NCBI GenBank assembly: GCA_038217285.1 | Contig: JBBQPO010000003.1 | Coordinates: forward strand, 1-56,415 | DNA length: 56,415 nucleotides | Source of the DNA: Chthonomonadales bacterium | GTDB taxonomy: Bacteria; Armatimonadota; Chthonomonadetes; Chthonomonadales; Chthonomonadaceae | Reading direction: 5' to 3' | In this document: positions 38,701 to 47,000 of the stretch, piece after piece | Layout of the letters: every line of letters begins with the position of its first letter | How positions within the stretch are numbered: the first letter of the stretch is position 1 | The notes under the pieces: generated by a model | Told to the model about the DNA's origin: nothing | Databases searched by the model: none | The model's input: only the letters and a program-made list of their open reading frames with translations | Position numbers and translations under genes: made by a program

Positions 38701-40905
38701 GCGATCATTCCCCCTGGAGTGACCCTGCGCCAGCCCGATCTTGTCAACTCAACGGCCCTTGGCCCCCAATTCATCACGCTGGTGGAAAACACCAACTTTA
38801 CGGTCGACCATAACAGCAGCACTATCCATATCACGGATTTCCGCGGGGCGGGAGCACGGGGCCCGGACTCCTTCAATACCGCCCTGCCGATCTATGTCTA
38901 TAGCGGCAACACGCTGGTCGCTGGCCCGATCGTCAACAGTCAGACCGGGTTCGGCATCCTGGACAACGTCCTCTGGTGGATGACCGTTCCGCTGAATTTC
39001 GACATAAAGAAAAATCTCTATCCGGGGCTCCCCTATCCTGCGCAGTGGTCGGGGTCGAATCCGATTGACCCTACTACATCACAGCCCTTCCCCGGACTCC
39101 AGCCCGCTAGTGGCCCGAGCATTATCGGCAACTCCCTCTACTACGGCTCGACGAACGGGCAGGTAGTCTCGGTCGATCTTGCCGGGATCAGTCCGAACGG
39201 CGGGCAGATCCCTGTCTATAAGGACGACAACACCAGCCGAGTCACAGCCACGGCCGCGCTGACTTTCCAGGGATTGGCAGTTCAGCAGCCGATCTTCAGT
39301 CCTCCGGTGGCGACCACCGGGCTTGTCGCGGTCGGAACGTCTCAGGGACTGGCCGTTCTGGACAATCAGTTGACGCTCATCGCCGACAACAATCGCCTGA
39401 TCGAGGTCGATCGTCCCGGTCGCGCCTCCTGGACGGTGGACGCGACATCGTCGCTGAGACTCGTTCAGAGCTTGGGACAGGGCAGCGCGCAGATCGCCTC
39501 ACAGAAGATCTCGCTCTCACGGCCCGCCATGGCGCACCGCTACACGCTCAACGACTTCCTGGTCGCCGATACCGGCAACAACCGTGTGGTCGAACTGGAC
39601 AAGGGCGGAATCGTCACCTGGGAGCTGAGCCGACTGAGCAACGATCTGCGCTTCCTGCGCGACAACGATCCGGTCGTCCTGAACCAGCCGACCGACATTC
39701 AGACCTATACCACCAGCGGCACAGGAACCCTGAGCTTTACCAGCCCTGTCTCCAATGCCACCTATAACTACACACCGGGCGCGGGTGGGATCTGGTTCGC
39801 CATCCACTATATCATCGCGGATAGCGGCAACTTCCGCTCCCTCGAAGTCGTGGACATCTACGACATAAACGGCTCACCGGTGGTTATGGCGGGCAGCGAC
39901 GGCACGAATCCGGTCATGCAGCGACAGGTTGTTTTCACGACACGGTCCTATGGGGAACAAAATCAGGCGTTCCGCTATCGAACCATACAGCAGTTCAGCA
40001 ATATCGAGAACGGCGTCTTCCGCACCTACATGGTTGCGGCGGTGGACAATGTCCGCCAGGGCTCCTCACTCGATCCGGCCACGAGCAACGTCGGTACGAA
40101 TCCGAACGATGTCAAAGGGCCGGGCGGCTCGCTGATGATCCTGAAACGGTATCCCCCTGCCGGACAGGGCAAGGACGGCGATGTGGCGGCGCTCATCAAC
40201 AGCATCGTCTATCCGGACAGCACAGGAACGATGATTCTGCGGCGGCAGACCATCAGCAATCCGCGCTGGTTCAAGCAGTTCAACGTGGCGAATCCCCTCA
40301 ATCTGTCCGCGCCTTCGCTGCACTATGCGCTGGCCGATGCCAACGGGGTCTATGTTCTGAAGCCGGGCACCGGGCCCTTTGCAGGCGAAGCCGTGATAGA
40401 GTGGTCGCTCTCCAATGACGACTACTACTATATGACGGGCCGCCAACTGCGTGCGAACAGCATTCAGAAGCTGGAGCAGTCCGACTACGACCAGATAACC
40501 AACAAGTTCTATCCGCGCTACCTGATCACGAACGGCTATACCGGCCGCGACAACATCTTTGAGATATTCGGCAATCCGATTAACATCATCGATGGAGAGA
40601 TGCACGGCGAAGTGGTCGAGGTGCGCAGCGACTACTACTACTGGCTCGATGGCGGTCACTTTATCCTCAACGGAGGCTATCGCTCGCCGAAGGCGCGCCA
40701 CTATGTCGTAAACAACTTCAATGTGCTGAGCGCGAATCCGATTAGCGCGATCGCCTGGGTGGTCCCCAATGAGACCATCCCGGCTCTGCCGGCAACGCCC
40801 ACGAACCCGATACCTAACGTCATACAGCGTAAGATAGGCGTGGGAACCAACGGAACCAGTACCGGCCTGCTCGAGCAGCCGACATTCAGCGACCGACCGT
40901 TTTAG
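35794..40905 (+). CDS. Giant secreted multi-domain protein (DUF4159-like domain + beta-propeller repeats), candidate PilY1 analogue
   Basis: Sec signal ending PAHA; DLAQFDVVLM...EREKLRRYVDGGGTVWLED; DLDDDGNRD; PQQ-like blades (SPAFSDGVVF, SPAYANGVVY); NHL-like FLVADTGNNRVVELD. Confidence 0.75.
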   Translation: MKIRRNAKNKIRPLRMLMPGLGLLTLLAGNLLPAHADTHSYASERRQIKVCVLVSSAASGVGGGPENVTPHVFYILDRRTDLKPAGWEFVNPMAPTTITGDIYNRWQQRGSGATPDPAFANTPQGIDFRIGQPLSKNFGAYWEVNLDTASTSDLAQFDVVLMAYHNPQTQFSPDEREKLRRYVDGGGTVWLEDEGNFDLKNGGSYGGGQFVVDLGFATAIPANALPTPATKHHPLINFPYAISPVDVLSLGAAGVQYDTGAYTHHAHQGLTANFSGVNGLANPRVLVPVIWAGTSSGQLPYISAGDYGAGHIVVSSGGIATGINAYVGGVDVGEGGNSAVASGEASLAARPVDLKFAYNLIAWTSSVPTGGVNARRTNSTQENVGTQLGPRFATIPPVAQNPALPPNLLFGSGAIVHKGVVFYVDGANVLHAYDASPQQDLDDDGNRDDGIPDLIYGAPYDEIWKTPLIGLLNTQADTRISTPTIASVVNAATGIPQDILMVTTSLGATLAFDAFPTSGGVLAPFSPMVWGNSSPDNTPVDLAGDITAVLGNTLPAPSPAFSDGVVFTLWNQMGTDVNHHWHVAAIDPLTGNDIFRETSGALIGQTVAPSTQAGLGGPVQGMPNPVGSLTTGYVRDDGTGALDKMIYVPTRTAVNTDTGAGTVQGVWFSTKGEPLEALPASLNAFSPKGQRLHVPWYLTAPPANGVDLRPVVYQRSAAGVMTRLRYLTDFTVQYVNPPVPSIPPSRDIVVNISAPINAGDTFSADYTLDWPADPLPGPPGGRPTFNEMTLFSHRDIPIIPNTLRPNPPNPAAIRLLGSPTLSPQDYLFMGGGDYPGGDRLYAYHQQFGNSLLDTGQRKGNTELAWMFNANAPDDDFNIGAGGLAGRMHNTDTFFPPKTVPVPGPDVYVTDFEQIGSPAYANGVVYVTGYCHLRSNVSAAVKNFPDALVVMALKANPDTSFTVQKSDGTPAIIPPGVTLRQPDLVNSTALGPQFITLVENTNFTVDHNSSTIHITDFRGAGARGPDSFNTALPIYVYSGNTLVAGPIVNSQTGFGILDNVLWWMTVPLNFDIKKNLYPGLPYPAQWSGSNPIDPTTSQPFPGLQPASGPSIIGNSLYYGSTNGQVVSVDLAGISPNGGQIPVYKDDNTSRVTATAALTFQGLAVQQPIFSPPVATTGLVAVGTSQGLAVLDNQLTLIADNNRLIEVDRPGRASWTVDATSSLRLVQSLGQGSAQIASQKISLSRPAMAHRYTLNDFLVADTGNNRVVELDKGGIVTWELSRLSNDLRFLRDNDPVVLNQPTDIQTYTTSGTGTLSFTSPVSNATYNYTPGAGGIWFAIHYIIADSGNFRSLEVVDIYDINGSPVVMAGSDGTNPVMQRQVVFTTRSYGEQNQAFRYRTIQQFSNIENGVFRTYMVAAVDNVRQGSSLDPATSNVGTNPNDVKGPGGSLMILKRYPPAGQGKDGDVAALINSIVYPDSTGTMILRRQTISNPRWFKQFNVANPLNLSAPSLHYALADANGVYVLKPGTGPFAGEAVIEWSLSNDDYYYMTGRQLRANSIQKLEQSDYDQITNKFYPRYLITNGYTGRDNIFEIFGNPINIIDGEMHGEVVEVRSDYYYWLDGGHFILNGGYRSPKARHYVVNNFNVLSANPISAIAWVVPNETIPALPATPTNPIPNVIQRKIGVGTNGTSTGLLEQPTFSDRPF

Positions 40906-40917
40906 TCCCTGCTTCCG

Positions 40918-40943
40918 GCCTCTTTTCCCTGTAGAAAAGAGGC
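40918..40943. other. Intergenic hairpin between the two giant genes
   Basis: GCCTCTTTTC-CCTGTA-GAAAAGAGGC. Confidence 0.6.
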
Positions 40944-41001
40944 GCGGGAGCGAGGAATATCGTTTGTTCGGCCTAATGAGACGAAGATAAGAGGAAATTC
41001 C

Positions 41002-44000
41002 ATGAGGTATAGAAGCACGCTTCTGCTCCGTAAGACCGGCCTGGGCGCACTCGTTGCGCTCTTCTTTGCGCTGGGAACCGGAGTGGCACAGGCGCAGTTG
41101 CCCGTGTTCGACGGTGTAGACTGGCTGTTGGACCGCGGCAACGTCAGCTTTACCGGCGCGCCGGTCTCCGGGATTCCTCTGCGTACCGGCGCAAACGACT
41201 TCAATAACGTGGCCAACAATCCAGGGCATGCCGTTCGCAAGTGGGTCTTTCCTCGCACTCTCGACCTCACCAACGGCTTCTCGACCACGCTGCCTACCGT
41301 CGTCGTTGATAACGCCAGCGCCTCAGATCCGCAAAACTTCCAGGACACGAACAACAATATCGTTCGAACGTCCCCCGGATACGCGATGCAGATGGGCCTC
41401 AATCCGCAGCAGATGGCGCATAGCTACCTGACGGCGGGCTGGGCGCTGCCACTGACGCCGGCGGATCAGTCCGTGAACGACTACCGCTCTCCGCTTGGGG
41501 GCTTCTCTAGAGGGAACGATCCCACTCAGAACTACAATTTCGATTACGCCTACGTGCTGGCCACCCACAACGACTTTGCGGTGCAGGATCCCAACACCAA
41601 TACGACCCGCCCCGCCAGTCCCGGCGAGTTGGCGGCGATGCCTTACGCGCCCAGCTACGTCTACAATGCCGTACAGACCGCGCTGGTGAACGATCCCAAC
41701 CCCCGGTCCACCTATTCGACCGGCACGTACAATCTGCCAAAAGGCAACTACGGCATCGACATCTACTCGCCGGGCGACGGCACCAACGACGTCGGCGTCA
41801 TCCGTCCCAACGTCAACCGCGCTTTTGTTCGCGTGAGTTGGAAGAACACCGTCGATGTCAATGGAAACATCGTCAAGGCGAACACGGAAAATCCGACATT
41901 CAGCCGTATCTATGAGGTTCCTCTGAATCAGGCGGGCTGGATCCATGTTCAGGGCGGCGGCAATGCCCTCCCGGTCTTTCCCTTTGACCCTGCGAACCCC
42001 CAGGATCAGATCACGGTCACAATCTATAGCGTCACCCCGGACACCTACTTGGGCGCGAGCGATCCGGTCTTTGGCGCTGCGCCTGTGGTGACCGCCGACG
42101 CGGTACGTTTCGTGGCGCATCTCGCCGGCACCCTCGCGTTGGGTCCCATCGCCGCCGACGGGCGTATCCTCGGTCCGGTCGTCGGTACCAACAAGATTCT
42201 GAAAACGGTCGGCGGCACTCCTATCGCAGATATCCAGCCGTTGATCTTCTTCGCCCGCGAAGAGGTTGTGGCCGACCCGAATCTCATTATCGCGGTCGAT
42301 CCGACACAGCCTATCAGCCCCGGCAACCCGCTTATCGCGGATCCTACCGCGACGGTGACGGCCCCGGTCTTCTACTGTCTCGACAACCAGAACGGCAATG
42401 TCCTCGGCGGAGATTCCGATGGCTTCCGGCGCTCGATCGACCAGGTGCGTTGGCGTTATGTCGGTACCGCAGATGCCGGTAACACCACGGGTACGAGTTC
42501 GGCCTCCCCGATGATCGCGAATGTTCGGTGCCGTGACGGCAACACGCGGACCATGGTCTACTTTATGACCACGACGGCGGCGCAGACTCTGGGCCATGTC
42601 TATGCGTTCGACGCGGCAGGGGATCGCTTTGCGGTCGGCACTCGCCCGGCGAAGACGACGCAGAACTACTGGACCTATCCTTCCTACCGCCCGCTGACGC
42701 CTGCGGAACTGGCGACCAACAAGCTCCCGACCGAGGATCACGATCCGAACTACAAAAACTTTGTACTGGGAACGTATCCCGCTCCTGTCTGGGGCGCGGA
42801 TATTGCAGATCCGTTCTTCCACTACGACGGCGAGATCGTGCCGAATCCGAGCCAGGCGGGTGACTTCGTCGTGCGCAGCGATACCCATCTGCCGCTTTTT
42901 GGTGGCATGAACGGTTCGCCGGTCATTATCGACGACCCGAGCAATCCGGCAGGCGGACAGATACTCGTCATCGGCAACCTGAACGGACACGTCTATGCGT
43001 TCGATGCCGGGGGACGCGGCGACTTCGACCCGGCGAACAACGCCGTGCTCGGTACGACGCAGCGGATCTGGACCTGGCCGCACTTCGGCGCCGACGCCTA
43101 CTATGCGAATAATCTGATCGGCACCAACCGGATCGCGAACGAGCCGGATCTGGGGACCATCGCGAGTTCGCTCACCTACGATCCGAACTATATCGCGGCC
43201 GGCCTGACAACGAAACCGATTCTGGTACCGGGCGGCGATGGTCACCTCTATGCCATCAACGCGCCGCACGACGTTCTTGTCAGCTACAACCCGAAGACCT
43301 CCACAGTGGTCTGGCAGGATCGACGCAACTGGGTCTATCCCGCCCTGGACAGTTCCGGCCTCGGCGGCGCTCTCAGCACGGTCGCGATCTTCCAGCCGAA
43401 CGGCGCGGCGATTCCTTACGCTTACTTCACCTGCCAGGGGCGTGCGTATGCCGTGCAGGAAGTCCCGCCCGTCATCGCCCCAACTCCGCCGACGATCAAC
43501 CCGCTGAAATGGGTCTATCCGAATACGCCGAATCCGCCCTTCGCAGATCCGAACGACGATACGACGGCCCCTCTTGATCCCGGTTTCAATGGTACCGCGC
43601 CTGTTTTGTTGAGCCAGGGTGCGCTCAATGCCAGCGGCGCTTTCGCGGGCAGCCCCGCCGTCAATAACGACTTCTGTTATGTGCTGGAGGGCAACAGCAC
43701 CATCATCGGACTGAACGCGTTCGACGGTACGCTCCTCGCCTCCGGCACGACGAGTACGGGCTCTGCGACCTCCGCCTCCCCGATCGCAACCATGCTGACC
43801 GGGCTGCTGGGCGACGCATCGACGCTCGTGCAGACAACGAACACACAGCCTGCCATGGTCTTCGCAGACGATTCCGGCGCGATCTTCGGGCTGGCCGCCC
43901 GACCGGATCCCGGAAACGTTGGACCGCTCGGAGGCGGCCTGCTCGGGCAGATCTGGCACCACTACGAAGTGCAGCAGTCGCGCATCGCGGCGGCCTCCCT

Positions 44001-47000
44001 CGTGAACGGCCTGATCATCGAAGGCGATGAAGGCGGACAGCTCCGCGCCTACGGCCTCGGCACAGGCATCAACGGTCTGGGGGAAACCCTGGGGAGCGGC
44101 GAGCCTGTCGAGCCTACTCTGGGGCCGGGCGCGCTCAGCATCGACATGCGTGTCCTCGACGTTTTCCCGAAGCTCGATAGCGTTGGGAATCCCGTTTACG
44201 ACAGGATGATGCTGCGCGTCCCCGGAGGCAAAACGGCGAACCGCAAGAATGCAGGAGGCGGCTACGCCAACTCCGCGCTGCCGGCTTCCGGCAATATCAT
44301 CAACGGGAATACCATGTACGCCGCAGACTGGGGCGACTCCGTCTATGTAGCCGCTGCTGGGGTCTACCATGCGCAGCCACGGGATACGCCCGGAGCCACG
44401 GGGCCGCCACGGATCACGGTCGTCTTTACCCTGACGACTTCTGCGGGTGTCCTGACCTCCCCACCGATCACGGTCCCCCCCACGACACAGGCGCTTCACG
44501 GCATGGCCGGTGAGTTCTGGCCGGACGATCTGGCGATCCTGACGCCAGGCGAGCACGATGGGCTGTCGATCTACGGTTACGATGCCGCGTCGATGATGAG
44601 TTCCGTGCTGACCGGACGCAACAATAACGTCTATCCCTGGATCGCAAAGTATGCGTTTTTCATCAATCCCGGTTCCAATGCCACCAATGGCGCCGCTGGC
44701 GTTATAAACTTCGTGCCCGGCTCGGGCGGCTATCGTATTACCGCCATTGCCACGCTCGAGCAGTCAGGGGAACCGTCCACAAGCGTGGGGGCCCGCTCTG
44801 TTGGTCAGTCGGACTACACGGGTCTGCAGACAGGCTTCCCGGCCTCCTTTGCCACGCTCGGCAGGCCCCGCACCTTCGCCGTGACGAACCCTATCGCCAT
44901 TACGACGCGCGGGACCACCAATATGAACGACATGACCGGCGCTGCCAACCGCAACGTCATCGGCCTCTTCCCCAGCATCAACGCGGGGATCAACGGCAAC
45001 CCGGGCGTGCGGCCAGCCAATGCAGGTGAGCTGATCAACAACGGCAACCGGCAGAACGTTCCGGGGTTCGCCTCGGCCAACTCAGCGGTTAAAGCAATCT
45101 ATGCGCCCTTCCCGATGGTGCCCGACGGTTCGACTTCGACCTACAGCGCCGTCGATAACGCCGGCAACAGAAAAGACGCCTTCTTCATATTCGATCGCAG
45201 CAACCTCTCCCAGAGGGGGGGCAGGACACTATCGGTGCAGATTCTGACGAGCAAAGCCGCCTGGCATGGGTGGTCGCCTTCCGCCAATCCGACCGTCACC
45301 GGCTCCTCTGTCATGAACCCCCTGCCCTGGGAACAGTTCCCGAACGATAGGCAGGACTCGCTCGACTATCCGAGCATTCCGACCTCGGCGTTCTCGATCC
45401 TGTCGCCCAAGGGAGAGGATGCGGTCGCCGGTCTGGTCGCGCTCAACCGTCCGAAATACGTGGGCGGTCTCGATCCGGCGGTAACACGTCAGTTGGTAGA
45501 AACGCCGTTCACGATGCAGTTGAAGGTGCCGCTTCACCAGCCTGCGAACGTCAACTATGGTATCCATACCTTCAACGGCATCTCGTTCGGCTCGCCCTAC
45601 CGCGATATGTCCGGAGTCAATCGGGGAGACACCACGGCCGGGAACGCCTATGATCGCCACATCCTCGGTCCCCTGATCACCAACACCGGGAATCAGGCGG
45701 CGCTGGGCAGCGGACCTGTCTATCCTGCCGGCGGTTACATCGCCGGGCTCACGGTGCGGGCGCTGCCTTCGGGTACCCCGCGCCAGAGCAGCATCTACGA
45801 TCCACGCGTCCTGTACAACACGGCGCGCGGCCAGGGCGGCGCTGCTGCTACCGAAGCGGTGCGCGCTCTGGACGTCGGAATCGCGGTGCCGCCGGGCGTC
45901 AAGATGCGGGTGGCGGAAACCACCCTGAATCTCGGCAAACTGCCGCACGGCACAGGTTACACGCCTCTGACAGATCCGAACAATGCGCGCTCGTTCCAGG
46001 TGCCCTTCGCGCCGAATATGACCTCGGGACCCGGACCTTTCTGGGATGAGCCGACTCTGGGCGGAGAGTTCTTCCGACCGTTCACGCTCACCAACGAAAG
46101 CAACATCAACCTCGTCGATGTGCGAATCGCCAAACTGCTCGGGCAGAACTTCTCTCAGATCGATGGGCGTACGCTGTCGCAGTACACCGACATCCGGTCG
46201 GGTCTGGAGAATACCGCCGTGGCGGCCTCGCTGAAGTTCTTCAGCGATCAGGTCAACAGCCAGTCGATCCCCCCGCTCTATGCAGTGCCGTTCAAGAACG
46301 TGCCGGGCGCGCAGGGCGTCGGTAACGCCGGTGTCGCCTCCTCTCTGGACCACTACAGCAGCTCCAGTAATCCGGTGACGTCGCTGTTCGCGGAGCGGGC
46401 GATGTGGCCGTTCCCCAATAACTTCGTGGTTCAGGCCGATATCGACTCGGCCAACCAGAACTACGGCGCGCTGCTGCCGACCGCGAACAGTCCGGCCAAT
46501 GGCATCTATGGCTGGTTCAACGGCGTTCAGCCGCAGCCGACCGTTGGCAAGCCCCGCGTCGGGGATGCCCAGGGCCGTGTGGCGACCATTCCGGACCAAC
46601 CCTATAGCGGTAATGCTACCTTCCCGCGACCCCGTATCGGGCTGGCAATCCCGCTCGGTACGCCGGTCGGAACCTACTCCGCGCCTGTCTATGCCTTCGA
46701 AGACAACACGCCGCTGCAGTGGCAGGAGTGGCTGAGCCACTACTCGAAACCGGCGGGCGTCACGCAGAACTATCCGGTGCCCCATGACGGCATTCTGAAC
46801 GTCAGCCCGACAGGCTCGCCTTCGGAAGGATACACCGATCCCGGCTTCGTTCTGACGACGACGGTGCGGGAGTCGAAGCTGACTCGTCAGCCCACCTTCG
46901 GCACCCTGTCGATGCTCGATCCGTTCGGTATCTGGAACGATCCCAAACATCCGGAACTCCCGGTGCCACCGGGTTCCGACATCATCCCGGCCGTCTATAT

